Source: Macrostomum lignano (Eukaryota). From it: a stretch of DNA of 64,000 nucleotides. Of the stretch, positions 1-13,319 are shown in pieces. The stretch's first letter is position 1. Every line of letters starts with the position of its first letter. The stretch is from positions 248,001-312,000 of the forward strand of contig NIVC01000070.1 of the NCBI GenBank assembly GCA_002269645.1. The letters are read 5' to 3'. A program made the position numbers and the translations under genes. The notes beneath the pieces are model-generated. The model worked only from the letters and a program-made list of their open reading frames with translations, was not told the origin of the DNA and did not search any database.

Positions 1-437
1 CGAAGGGTTAGAGGATAGAAAGAGAGCAGGGGGCGAGAGCCGGGTGTGTATATGCTCGTAAATACTGCAACCGGTGGGGTGAGAGGGTGGAATGAGAAAG
101 GGGCTGAGTGGGGCTAAGCCATGTGGTGGCTGGAAGTGGGAGGGAAAACTCACTGAGTTGAAGGGTGAGAGAGAGAGAAGGGGGAAGGCTAGCAAATCAG
201 TGCCTCTGCGGCTAGAGACCTGATTGGACGAGCCCAAACGAGAGAGAAACGGAAAGGGAACAGCAACAAGAAAACCAAAGGACAACAAGAATTGCAGCTT
301 TAAGATGAGGGACGGACCAGAATGAACAAGCGGCAGGGAGAGGAGCGGCAGGCTGTACATGTACATGTACGACCGTGAGTACGTTTAAACATTCTCGAAG
401 ACACATTTTAGCAGATCCGAATGTACACAAAACTCAC

Positions 438-3400
438 AGGTATCTGAAGCTTCGTATTTCATCTTGATTCCGAGTGATTGGCTGCTATATGGAATACGCA
501 GATACACGGTCAAGACGTTTTCTGTCGTTATGAAATCCCGCGTGGTGTCCGAGAAGCTGCTCTCGAGGGTAGCCAGAACTGTTGAGCGATAGGCTCCGTC
601 ATACAGAGTGACGCTATCATAACGGGAAGTTAGGTTAAAAAAGGTAAAACGAGCCACCACTCGCTTTGAGGGAGAGACTCTGATCACCCAGTAGCAGTCC
701 GAGCTGATCAAGAAGCCCATAGTTCCTGCAGACGAGTGGCTGACCAGCTCTCCAGTGTCGTTGGTCAGGAGCTCCGTGCCTTGACAGACTGGTGGTAAGT
801 ATAGGTCAATAAAAATATCAAAGCGCTGCTTCATGGTGAAAAATGAACTCTTTTCAAGACTGTGACGTGTCTGCATCAATAGTGTAAGCGGTACAAGCGG
901 ACATGTACATGAATCTATCATTGGGCATTGCAACACGTTTTACAATTTTAACTAATCAAAACTCAGTTTATGAGCCAAAACTTAAGACGAGATTAGATTG
1001 CGCTTGTTTGTCAAAAATGTAGTTACAACTGTAAGCTTTGCTCACATTTTTCGGTTGTGTTGTACTTCACCCCGAAGCCAGAGCCTGTTCCACCCGACGT
1101 GAAATATACAAGCATCGCATTTGACTGTGAAACGAAAACTCTTGAACTGACAATCTGAAATTCACTCCGTCCGTAGTATCTTGCGATGTATGGTGAGCCT
1201 CGAATTCCTTCAGATATGCTGACATAGTCATTGGGGTAGAGGCTGAATGATGTAATGTGAGCCACTACACTGTATCCCAATGGCGCGGTAATGGTCCAGT
1301 AGCATATCATACGTCTCAAATAGTTAGGGGATGATGAGTTCACATGGGCGAAAAACTTGCCTTGGCTGGCTTGAAGAATTTTCCGACCATCACAGACTGG
1401 AAACTGAAAGAATGATAGGTTTTTTCTATCGTGTATGTCCTCTAATCCTCTGAATAAACTCTAACTTACAGTTCTCCGCAATGCTGTATCGCATTCGAAA
1501 GCCGTAGGAATGCCAAGTGGCATCTGTTGTGAACCGGACCCTCATGCTGTTTGTGATGGACCGGTATCCGACCTCTGTCGGAATAGAAGTGCCGCTGACC
1601 AAAGTGTTTGAACCACTGAGACCATCGTATAATGTCACTCTGTCGTACGAATACCCGTGACTCGACAGTTTGTTACTAGTAAACCAGGCGATTACTTGCT
1701 TGCCTGGCGACACAGAAATTTGCCAATTGCATGTCATAGAGTGCAAATAGTGCGTTGTTCCAGCATTGGTGTGAGTAACCACTTCACCGTTGTCGGAGTC
1801 CCATTTCTGAACGCTTGGGCAAGCTAAAATGAAACGTATGATTTAGAAAACAAAGTAAAGTTTCTTAATGGGTTTTAATCGTAGTGCATTAGAGAAATTC
1901 CCCAAACCTTGCTCGTAGTAAAACTGAATAGAGAATCCGATTGATTCATGAAGATTGTCAGTTGTAAACGAAATATGCGCGTCTCCTGTTGTCACCCAGT
2001 GTACGTTTTGGCCGAAATGAGTATTGCAATACTGCAAATCTTTATCACTGCCGGACTCACTGGCAGTTGAGGAAAGCTTCGTTACCATTTTTAGGCAGTC
2101 CCCGTTGCTAAGATAGTAGGTTTCGATAAAGAGATAGATGTAGAATCCAGGTCGTTTGGGCAGTGTCCACAGGCAGGCTAAATTGGGTGCGTATGCGGAC
2201 ATGCTGGTGGCATTGTAGCCTTTGTGGCTCTCGATGACTCCAGATACGTTCGATGAATTTGCATAACTGATCGTTCCGCATGTGTTGTTAACGGCTGAAA
2301 GCAGATAGTAATATTTGTGTTTAGTACGCATATGTACTCGTAATTAGAAAGCGGCCAGTGCTTCAATGAAAAAATGGCTTATCTTGTGTGTGGTGCTGCT
2401 AAGCACAGTTTTTATCATTTTGGCATTGTTGCGCAACATTCCGTTATTAAGCGCAAATATTTTTTAAAATTTCGTTTTTTAGCATTTAAACATATCTGTA
2501 GATATCTATATCTATCTGACGGAAAACTGGGTAAAAATACATTTTCTTGTTTCTTAGTTACTATGCTTTACGTCATATGTGCTTAATGCTTTGCTTACCA
2601 TTGTCAATTTCTTGAAGCCACAATGCAAAGCCATATCCTCCATAGTCACTGTCTGTGTTAAACCGCACAGTCGCCGTGTTTGCTGAGGATACAATAACAC
2701 CTTTAAAATTACTGCCGGAAGTATTGAGCAGAACAGCTGAACCGTTGGAGCCATCAAACACTGTCACTCTATCATTTGTCTGTGTATTGAAGTAAGTAAA
2801 ACGAAAGGCGATTCTCTGTTCGACAGGAACGCTTATGTGCCAGTAGCAGCTCATGTTGTTTAAATAAGGACTTGAACCAACACCGTAGTGACTCCTTATT
2901 TGACTTCCCGTTTTCGTTGCTGTCACGTTTTCAAATCCGTAACAGTCTGAAAAAATATGTTTAAATATATGAGAACTTCCAACGGGGACTGTATTTGGTA
3001 CATGGCTAAATAAACAACTAATACAATAAATAAAGCATCTAAGGTAGAAATATACTTCAAAACTCTGCCAATTTCGACTTCGACGTTAGCGAGACGGAAA
3101 GCTTTTAATTTCTTTTAAAGAAGTATTTTAATTTTCAGAGGTTAATTGAAGGGAGTATTCAGTAGTCCCTGGTTAGTTGTTGCAAAGTTCATAATTTGCT
3201 CTGATTCAAAGAACCCATTGTTGCTCTTTTTGCAACTAGAACACCGGGAAGACGAGACGTTTGTGACTTTCGTTCGATAAAACTTAAGATTTGCTGTCTC
3301 GATTATTTTTTGGCTTGCGGGCGTAGCGCCTTTCTGCTTCAGTTGTTAATGATTAGTTGCAAAAATATTAAGAAAATTGTTTTCAAAACTTTAAACTTAC

Positions 3401-5437
3401 ATAACTGGGTAAAGTTATAATGAAGTCGAAATCCGAGACCTGAGTACATGCTGCTTGTAGTAAATGTTACGCTTACAACACTTGCTGTGGATTGAAACCC
3501 CGACGGCGAAGGCGAATGGCCCCTGCGGAGCGTTGCAATTGTGCTCGAAGACTCTCCCATGTTTCGAGCGCTGACGTAGTCATTGTACCCTAAATTAAAA
3601 TAGGAAAACCAGAACCAAACCTGCTGACCAGGCGGTGCCGTAATGTACCAGACGCACTGTGCATTGTTCCCATAATAGTATTCTCCGACGCCATTGTGAC
3701 TTACTACTTCACCTGTGCTATTAGTCAAGTTGCGTTTGTCTGGGCAGTCTGAAATTTACAAAAATATTTACATTCAATGAAGCCCGCAGAAGAAAGCTAT
3801 ACAAATATAATTTATATTCAAAAGTACTTCAATATTGGATTGTGATGAACACTCCTTAATGTTTGAATAATACAGACCATTCCACTATGTCATGAGTACT
3901 GCATATTCCTCTTTTATCTTAGGTTGCTACAGAGGGAGTACGATGCATGCAAGTATCGATTTTTAACTCGAATTCTTGCTGAAAATTCTTATTTTTAGCT
4001 CATTTTTTGCTTGCAAATCATAACATATACTAGGGTGGCGATAAATCATAGCGACTAAGTACAAAGTACGTGAAACTTTTATAAAAAACCCATAAAAAGT
4101 TTACAAACAAGAAATATACATAAGTAACAAATTAGTGATTGAATCTCATTACAAAACTCACAGTTTTGCAATTCAAACTTGATTTGAAAGCCCGTGGACT
4201 CATAAGCTCCATTGGAACTAAACCTGATGATGAAGTTGCCATCCACCTGAAGTGTCATGCCAGTGACAGCTTTCCAGCCGCACAAATTCACATTAGAACT
4301 GCCACCTGTCACTGACGCTGTGCCTTGATTTACAGACAGGCAATCTCCATTTCCGAGAGACACGTTGCCAACGTAGAGCTGGTAAAACTTTCCGGACACC
4401 GATGGCAAGGTCCAGCTGCATGACATAAACTGTGTTGGTCGTAGCCGGGGTGGCTGACAATCATTCCGGAAGAGTTGGAAGCGTCATCAAACGTGACTGG
4501 TCCGCACGTGCTGCTGTTAGCTGCAGAAATTTGGATTAAGCGAGAAGATGACTGCCATTTATTCAATGTTTACAAAACAAAACCGATATTATCGTCGATG
4601 CACCTCTCAACATGCAATCGCAACTATATGATATTATGATTCAATGATTCACAATCCGATAACACTGGCAACTAACCTGATACGGTGGCGTTATACTCTA
4701 AACGAAATCCTTTTCTTGCGAATTGGCTGTTTGAATAAAAATTCACTGTCAGAATATTTGCGGACGAAACGAATCTCGGCGACTCATAGCCAACTGAGTC
4801 ATTCGCGCTAACGACTGCAATTTCGGATGACGTTGTCAGGCCGTCGTACAGAGACACTCTGTCGTTTGGCGACTCGAGATCCATGTAGGTGAACCAGACT
4901 ATGACTCTCTTGCCAGGTGGCGCATCCAGCTGCCAGTAGCACTGCGAGTTGCTGCTGTAGTTTGTTGTGCCGACTCCGCTGTGACTGGCGATTTCGCCAC
5001 CGGCCTCAGCTGACAGCGCTGGAGCGCGCTGCTGCAGTCTGTTTGGGAATGGTTGGTCCGGTTAGTGAAGGAATATTAATATCGATTGACTATCATATAT
5101 TAGCTGGTCGTGATGCTTAGCTAAAGTAACTTTAAGAAGGCAAATTTCAAGAGCTAAAATAGATTAACTACAGTGATAAAATACAGAAGTGAAGCCGGAA
5201 AAAATGTTTGTTTTAAAATGCTAGTTATCAGCAGAAAACATGAGTAACTCACAGGCAGTTTGACTGCTGCACTTTGGCAGAAAGATCAACAAGGCACAAG
5301 CAACGAAGCCAAGCTCCCAAAGTATTATTTCTGCGACAGAAAAAGTAATAGCTCGTAATCATGGGTAAATTATTAACCAAGTTTGCTATATCTGAGCAAA
5401 TATTTAGGAGTAACTCACTGCGTTCCTGGTAGGCCAT
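438..5437 (-). CDS. Secreted multi-CUB-domain protein (cubilin/tolloid-like CUB array), 3'-incomplete; one or two apparent frameshifts
   Basis: Hand-assembled exons (minus), all introns phase 1 GT-AG: 5437-5419 (MAYQER), 5331-5253 (hydrophobic signal IILWELGFVACALLIFLPKCSSQTA), then CUB exons 5038(or 5018)-4677, 4520-4162, 3748-3401, 2946-2599, 2294-1908, 1823-1470, 1396-1046, 788-438. Each shows CUB hallmarks (C...G.I.SH...Y.NN..C.W.I, D.V..YDG, F.S/T, GF...Y). No further exon found in 1-437. Confidence 0.88.
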
Positions 5438-5896
5438 GTTAAAATTTTTCAGAACTCTGGATTTTTCAAAATCGCAAGAAAATTCTGTTGCAGTTGCTTC
5501 TGAGAGATTTTTATTAACAAGGACGGCTATATGCTACAATTATATAAAATTTCGTTTTGAATGCGGATACAAGACCATAAGCATTCTTTGTATTTAATGT
5601 TTTGCACAACAATTAAACGAAGAATCTTCAAATGTGGCGCAGAGAAAGAGTTGACAGGGGGGCTTTTTGGAAGACAAGGTTTCAAGGAATTGGTTCACTA
5701 TAGTGGGTCCCTATTCTATTGTAATAGATTTGAAACACGCAAACAGGCTTTTTAAGAAGCGAATAAGGTATGGTATACAAGATACAGAACAACTGGAAGT
5801 TATTGCTCCATAAAAATGAGACCATATCGCAAAGCTAAACTTTATGAACTCGGACAATAGCTATATTTTTAAGCTGAATCCGTAACCCTAAACAGA

Positions 5897-6333
<437 letters not shown>

Positions 6334-6725
6334 TCATTTAGTGTTAAATATATCTGTTTAAACTGTGCTGTAATATAACGCTGTGCTGTCTAATAAGTCC
6401 AGGGGCTGTTTTGGATTCCGGAGCAGCATTTCAACAGAATTATTAGCATGCTCTATTTTACTTCCTTTTGCTCAGAAGAGTGTTTTGTTACTTTGCTATT
6501 GCGATCGTACTATGTTCTACAAGAAAAATACCAACAACCCGGTGAACAATTACTTTATTTTTCCACGTGCCTCACACTGGAAGTGCTCTATCTACAGTAG
6601 TATTCAGCACTTTTCATGTCCGTCATCGGAATACATATTATCACATTGGTATTGGGTTAACAGTCAGAATATTAGAAGAATGAGAGCAAACTGTTTAACG
6701 AAATTCCCTCGCGCTGCGTTATCGC

Positions 6726-7254
6726 CCCTGGTGCTGGCGTCCCTGGTGCTGGCGCGCCGGGTGCTAAAGCCCCTGGTGCTGGCGCCCCTGGTTCTAAAGC
6801 CCCTGGTGCTGGCGCCCCTGATGCTAAAGCCCCTGGTGCTAAAGCCCCTGGTGCTAAAGCCCCTGGTGCTAAAGCCCCTGGTGCTAAAGCCCCTGGTGCT
6901 GGCGCCACTGATGCTAAAGCCCCTGGTGCTAAAGCCCCTGGTGCTAAAGCCCCTGGTGCTAAAGCCCCTGGTGCTAAAGCCCCTGGTGCTAAAGCCCCTG
7001 GTGCTAAAGCCCCTGGTGCTAAAGCCCCTGGTGCTAAAGCCCCTGGTGCTAAAGCCCCTGGTGCTGGCGCCGCTGGTGCTGGCACCGCCGGTGCTGGCGC
7101 CGCTGGTGCTGGCACCGCCGGTGCTGGCGCCTCTGCTGCTAAAGCCCCTGGTGCTGGCGCCCCTGATGCTAAAGCCCCTGGTGCTAAAGCCCCTGTTGCT
7201 AAAGCCCTTGGTGCTAAAGCCCCTGGTGCTAAAGCCCCTGGTGCTAAAGCCCCA
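6726..7254. repeat. 15-bp minisatellite (CTGGTGCTAAAGCCC)n, copy A
   Basis: Direct tandem units; source of the (LVLKP)n and (APGAL)n ORFs. Confidence 0.97.
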
Positions 7255-7405
7255 TGAAATTAAAGTTGCGTCTTCTCAAAATAAAATGGTTCGACTTTAG
7301 TCGCAATAGCGCTAGTTACATTAAAATGAACTGGTGGCCTCTCAAAAGGCACCACAAAGTGTCGGGTGCACCTGCACCTACTTTAACTTGTGTTGTGTTC
7401 AATCA

Positions 7406-7787
7406 GGGTCCATGAGAATTGCCCGCAGACGAATTGCCCGCCGAGCTTTTCCCGCCGAGGTTTGCCCGCAATGCTTTTTTCCTGCAGTGCCTTTGGCCAC
7501 GGCAGATTTTGTCTGCATTGCCTCCCCAATGCTTAGTAAGTCTTAATAAAGAGATTTAACCGATCAAACGTTTTGATAGTAACTGCATATCAAATGCATA
7601 TTTTTTGGGGGGAGGCAATGCAGACAGAATCTAGCTGCCAAGCGCTGCAGTAAAAAAGCATTGCGGGCAAACCTCGGCGGGAAAAAACTCGGCGGGCAAC
7701 TCGCTCGTGGGCAATTCACTCGCGGGCAAATTGCACTGCGGGCAAATCTCGGCGGGCAATTCGTCTGCGGGCATTTCTCGTGCTCCC
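7406..7787. mobile_element. Mutator-like MITE (382 bp)
   Basis: 9-bp TSD GTTCAATCA at 7397-7405 and 7788-7796; GGG...CCC termini; long imperfect inverted arms (GAGAA(T/A)TGCCCGCAGACGAATTGCCCGCCGAG) with internal TTGCCCGC subrepeats. A 9-bp TSD is characteristic of MuDR. Confidence 0.85.
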
Positions 7788-8141
7788 GTTCAATCAGCTA
7801 ATAAATTTTAGAATCTAAAAAGATCGTAAAAGCAACAAGAAAAACCACCAAATTCAAAAGCAACAAAACTGCAAGACGCGTAGAAAAACAATGAAACTTT
7901 GAAACAGACGGTAAATACGTCAAATATCTGTTCGACCGATTAAAAATATTGATTCAGTATTTGTGCCGCAACTGCGCTGTCAATCACACACATGTATAAT
8001 TCCTTGAATAAAAAGACAAACTTTCGAATCGAGGAAGCAGTGGCCAAGCAAAGTAAGCATTTTCGCTGATTGAAGAAAGCTTCTCTTGACTGCTTCTGAG
8101 TCCAACTTGCATTTTTGCATAGATTGTTTTTAATGTGCTAT

Positions 8142-10695
8142 TTAGGGGACATCGGCCACAGTGTATACTGTATCTTCTTCATAAACCTGAAATAATTAAA
8201 GAAACATGAAAGGTGAGAATCAATTTGAAGACCTCACTAAAATACCAATGGTATTTAAATCCAGAAAAAATATTTTTTTTAAAAATTACCGCTAAGTGCT
8301 CAGATACTCCTTCCGATCTCCTAGGTTCCTGAGGGTTGGTCAGCTGTAACAAAATTTCATTAACTTTTGAATCGTTAAACTGCTTAATATCGAGATAACA
8401 AACAAGTTAGCAACCAACCTCAAGATGATAAGATGACTTTACATCAGTAACAAACGAAACTCGTAACCTTTCACCAGGCGTCTTAGCGAGAGTAGAGGCC
8501 TTTAGACGAAAAAAACAGTGAAAGTTGTATGGCTGGTGAACAAACTACTCAGAAATTTCCATTTGTTTTAATTTACTGATACCAGTTCCTACCTCAGCAG
8601 GTTGATCAACGGGGCGTCTTGGAAGCGGAGGTGCTAGAGCCTAGGGAACATTGGAAAAAAATTAAATGGTTTTTTTGTTCAGTCTGAATGATTTTGAGTT
8701 CATAACCTGAATGGCCTATTACATGTACGCTAGTTTATGTGCTCGAATGGAATTTATGACTCAGATTGTCAAATGCTAAGAGAGAACTTCTCAGGAGTTA
8801 AAATGCTCAGAGGGAATTTCTCAGATGGTCGAGTGCTCATAGGGGATTTCTCAGATAAACAAGTGCTCAGAAGGGAATTCTTAGATTTTCAAGTACTCAT
8901 AGGGGATTTTTCATGTGTTCAAGTGCTCATAGAGGGAATTCAACAGCTGGTCTAGAGCTCATAGGGAACTTCTCAGGTGGTGGTAAAGTGCTCAATTTGA
9001 ATTTCCCTGTTTGCCCTAGGTGAAAATATAAAAACTTCAAACAGGGTCTTGAGATTTCTTGATTGTTTCTCAGTAAATACTATAATTTTATTATTAAACT
9101 GAAGCAAATTCAGCTCGCAGTGCAGCTTACGTCACCGGAGACCTGGGAATTGGCTTCGGGTTCCTCGGTGAGCCAGTCTGAAGTCGAACTCTGATCGGGC
9201 CGCTTCAACAGCAACCTGGCGATGCTGTTGATCTGCGTGTTGAATGGAAAACAGATTCTGACCTTAACTTTACAACCCAGATCCGTGTTTATTTATTTCA
9301 GCAAAAGAACTTCAACACTGCTAAAAAGGTGCATAGCTAATTTCTATAATGTTTAACAGCTTCAAGGAAATGACGAGTACTTTCTTTGCTAAGTTGCAGT
9401 TTCAAGAGCTCTGTGGGACGTTTTAGTTGGTACAAAGATGTGATATGATAGCTGAGATCTCATTTACCATTTGCTACTCGTAGTCTGACACCAAGCTTAA
9501 ATTTTGTTGAAAGTGTTCAAATGCAATATCTCAATTGTTCAACGTAGTTTAGAGTAATCTGTTTATGGGAATAAGGTGCTAAAGCCTTTGGTACTAAACC
9601 AATAGTGCCGGCGCCCCTGGTGCTAAAGCCCCTGGTGCTAAAGTCCATGGTGCTAAAGCCCCTGGTGCTAAAGCCCCTGGTGCTAAAGTCCATGGTGCTA
9701 AAGCCCCTGGTGCTAAAGCCACTGCTGCTAAAGCCCATGGTGCTAAAGCCCCTGGTGCTAAAGCCCTGGTGCTAAAGCCCCTGGTGCTAAAGTCCATGGT
9801 GCTAAAGCCCCTGGCGCTAAAGCCACTGCTGCTAAAGCCCCTGGTGCTAAAGACCATGGTGCTAAAGCCCCTGGTGCTAAAGTCCATGGTGCTAAAGTCC
9901 ATGGTGCTAAAGCCCCTGGCGCTAAAGCCACTGCTGCTAAAGCCCCTGGTGCTAAAGACCATGGTGCTAAAGCCCCTGGTGCTAAAGTTCATGGTGCTAA
10001 AGCCTCTGGTGCTAAAGCCCATGGTGCTAAAGCCCCTGGTGCTAAAGCCCCTGGTGCTAAAGTCCATGGTGCTAAAGCCCTGGTGCTAAAGTCCATGGTG
10101 CTAAAGCCCCTGGCGCTAAAGCCACTGCTGCTAAAGCCCCTGGTGCTAAAGTCCACGGTGCTAAAGCCTCTGGTGCTAAAGCCCATGGTGCTAAAGCCCC
10201 TGGTGCTAAAGTCCATGGTGCTAAAGCCCCTGGTGCTAAAGTCCATGGTGCTAAAACCCCTGGCGCTAAAGCCACTGCTGCTAAAGCCCCTGGTGCTAAA
10301 GTCCATGGTGCTAAAGCCCCTGGTGCTAAAGCCCCTGGTGCTAAAGCCACTGCTGCTAAAGCCAGGTGCTAAAGTCACTGGTGCTAAAGCCCTCGGTGCT
10401 AAATCCCCTCTCCCCGCCTCAGAACTCACCCTGCGCAGGGCAACAGCAACCAAGACAATTTGCAGAATGACACCCAGTAGAAGAATGAAGGCGGCAACTG
10501 GCAGGGCAATGATGATGGTCATGCCCACGTATCTGTCACTGATGTCTGAAACGAGCACAAAATCACGGTGTGATTGGTTTTAATCAGAGCAGATAATAAT
10601 TTTGCTCACGCACCGATCATCACATGTTGCGCTGCCTGCGGCGCAGCAGTGGAACTCGACAAGAACTCGTACTGCCTACTGGGCCTGGAGAGCAT
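8142..10695 (-). CDS. Orphan single-pass membrane protein (~148 aa) with proline- and tyrosine-motif cytoplasmic tail; N-terminus uncertain
   Basis: Exons join in frame with canonical GT-AG sites: 10695-10614 (phase 1), 10545-10430 (TM: MTIIIALPVAAFILLLGVILQIVLVAVALRR), 9232-9131, 8640-8593 (ALAPPLPRRPVDQPAE), 8343-8290, 8186-8142 (VYEEDTVYTVADVP*). The frame is open ~190 nt upstream of the ATG, so extra 5' exons are possible. Confidence 0.72.
8770..9005. repeat. Degenerate ~30-bp tandem repeat (GTGCTCA(G/T)AGGG(A/G)ATTTCTCAG core)
   Basis: About 8 diverged units inside an intron of the membrane-protein gene. Confidence 0.8.
9575..10410. repeat. 15-bp minisatellite (CTGGTGCTAAAGCCC)n, copy B
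   Basis: Same unit and orientation as 6726-7254, with GTCCATGG/GCCACTGC variants; intronic. Confidence 0.97.
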
Positions 10696-13319
10696 CTCAG
10701 TAACTGGCTGGTTGTGTCGTCTGTATCGGTTGTGCTGTCCATTATATGTAGGACCACGATAGAGCGCCTTACAGATAGCAACTAATCCAAAGCTTTGAAT
10801 GCGCTTTACAGTCTCAAAATAGCTATAGAAGATTTGTAAAGCTTCCAGAAATCTATCTGAGCTGCTGCTAAATACACAGCTGTTTTACACGAAGTTCGTC
10901 AATGTCAATATATCGAAGAACTTCGGTTTACCGAATTGAGCTTGTGTTGCTAAAAATAGCTTCATACAGACGGTGAACTTCATGAAGAGCTTAGTATAGG
11001 GTTACTTAATTATTATTGTTTCTTTGCTTTTCTGTACAACACATTTGCTATCTGTAGAACAGATTATAATTTGAAACTTCAGTCAGAAAGATTGTCAGCA
11101 ACATCGCCACGACAATGGCAATGTTGCAATCCGTTGGGCTTCAGAGTCCGGGGTGCAAAACCAAGCCGGTATACCGTATGGATGCCTGCAGCCTTAACTA
11201 CACGACTGTGAAGTAAACCAGCTCGAAACGTTTTGCAAATCTCGACATTTCAATTTTTCTAGAGAACGCATAGCCGGTAATTTGGATTTACACATAGACA
11301 AAATTAGTCCACAAAAATTGTCCATGTACTCGTAGTTGTCCTTACGTTTTGTCTAAAAATGTCTGTTTGTCCCGTTTTGATGTGGACATTTGCTCACTAG
11401 CGAATTCGACCTATTGAAAACGTAGAAGCAATGATCGCCTGGGAGCAGCGTTGTGACAGGCGGTTGTCAAGATTGTCATGCAACATAATTATACGAGTAT
11501 ATCAGAGTTTGACGGTTCAAACTGTAACGAGACTTGATCCCTATGCCTGTGCTTCTATCGTTTAAAACAAATACAACTACCGTTATCTCGATGCCCAGCT
11601 TCTTGTCGTTTTCAAGTGTTGTATTTGTGAACAAGGCATGGTTGACAGCAGTAGAAGACAACCTGCAGGTCATATACGTCGTAGGAGATTAAATGTCAAT
11701 AGAAAATTCCGCAAAAATAGAGGACCTAAGCATTGGGTGAATGTACCTGTAATCCAGAAAGTTCTGACACTTTTTAACTCGGATCAAAAACGAAAGTAGC
11801 TCGTAGCTGCTAACGCAAATTTTGTGTCATTTTGAAGTGGTGTGGCGTATTTTTGCTTTCTAATAAATTCAATCTCGCATATTATTCTCGTGATTTCGTG
11901 CAAAATGATGTCTTTACTTTACCACAGTTGAAAAACATTTGAGAGGGTGAGTTTGTGCCAGCACAGGTCATTTGGAACACAATTTCCTGCGAAGTCACTC
12001 CCATGGTCTTTTCAAGGCAATGCTGTTCTGAAGCCATTGACTGGACGCTCTACTAAGCGATGGGAGAATTGAGTTCCTACAAGTGGAGACTTTAATGCTG
12101 AGAAGGCTGCTTTAAAGGACAATTATTTTTATAAAAGACTATTAGCCAGAAAATTTAGGTTCATACACGTACTATTTATACGAGTATACTTCTTTCAACG
12201 GATGCTGAAATATAAGCTTTGAAGAAACGTACACAATTTGTGAGATAAATATATTCATGCATATAGCTTTCTACGCCGTTTTATTTATTGCCGTGGGTGA
12301 CAGCCTTAACACTCTTAGAAGAAAGTTGGTTTGAGATAGGTAGTTTACTGCTACCAAAGCCCCTTGGCTGGTCATTAATTCTATTACGCAAGATTATACA
12401 CTAAAGAATGAAGGCTGGATGTCAAATAGAGTTGTTCTGAGTTTACGAGTATCACAATAACTGTATTAATCAATTGATTTCTTTACACCTGATTTCCTAG
12501 ATCCTGTGCCTTGGGCTGCTACTCCCGTTTATTTGAGGCAAGATTCCTCTTGTGCAACCTAGCTAGCATTCTATTATGCCAACTCCGTTCAATTTTCTTA
12601 AACGACCCCGACAGATGCTTCAACTGCTCTTTAGTTATAGGAAATCCCACAACGTCTTAACTAAACTACCTGATCTACTGACACTTCTGAAACAAAAAGC
12701 TACTAACAGTAGCGTAAAAGCTAATCTACAGTAGCTAACCCCTTAAACTATGCCCTAATAATACTACATTGTTGACGCTTATGACGTCAATATTTGAAGT
12801 ACGAGAGCTGCGTTATTAATTTGTAAGGCTCTGTAGTGCAGTGCAAGGTGAAGGAATCAACGAATTGTTGGAGACGAAAACTGTTGAGAACATTTCAGCT
12901 GGGGGTTAAATCCAATTAAACCAATGCAGTAGTGCAGAGGCACACAAACAGACGCAGGCAAGAGAAGGGTAAGCGAGCGCAAACAATTTGGCGTGTCGCA
13001 CTGACCAACCCCTTGGCATAAGCCGCGCTCTCGACACGTCAAACTAAAACCAGCAAAAATGGAAGAATAAAAACCCAGCATTAAAACAGCTCTCTGTTGC
13101 TGTGGTAGGAAGCTACAAACAGGGCAGAGAGGCTGACACACCCCGAGTTCAATTAATGCCTTGCGGTATTTTACAAGTTCTACCTACCGTATTTAACGCG
13201 TGCTCGCGGGTTTTAAGCGGCAGAAAGCTTGAAGGCTTCCAGAGTACAAGAGAATACCGATCAAAATAACCTAGCTCATTTTTTACTGCTGGTTAATTGG
13301 CAAGACAGCCAAGAAAGTT

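Noticed and set aside
1-437. Purine-rich tract at the window start
   Set aside because: Intronic to the CUB gene, with no exon, TIR or TSD identifiable.
6383-7300. 305-aa (LVLKP)n ORF and similar ORFs at 9517-10583
   Set aside because: They are translations of a 15-bp minisatellite, open in several frames and on both strands.
8468-8499. Extra exon of the membrane-protein gene (ASTLAKTPGE)
   Set aside because: The nearest donor (GTTACG) is weak and phase 2, which does not fit the phase-0 neighbours.
11476-11673. 65-aa ORF between the divergent genes
   Set aside because: No recognisable motif, and I could not link it by splicing to either gene.
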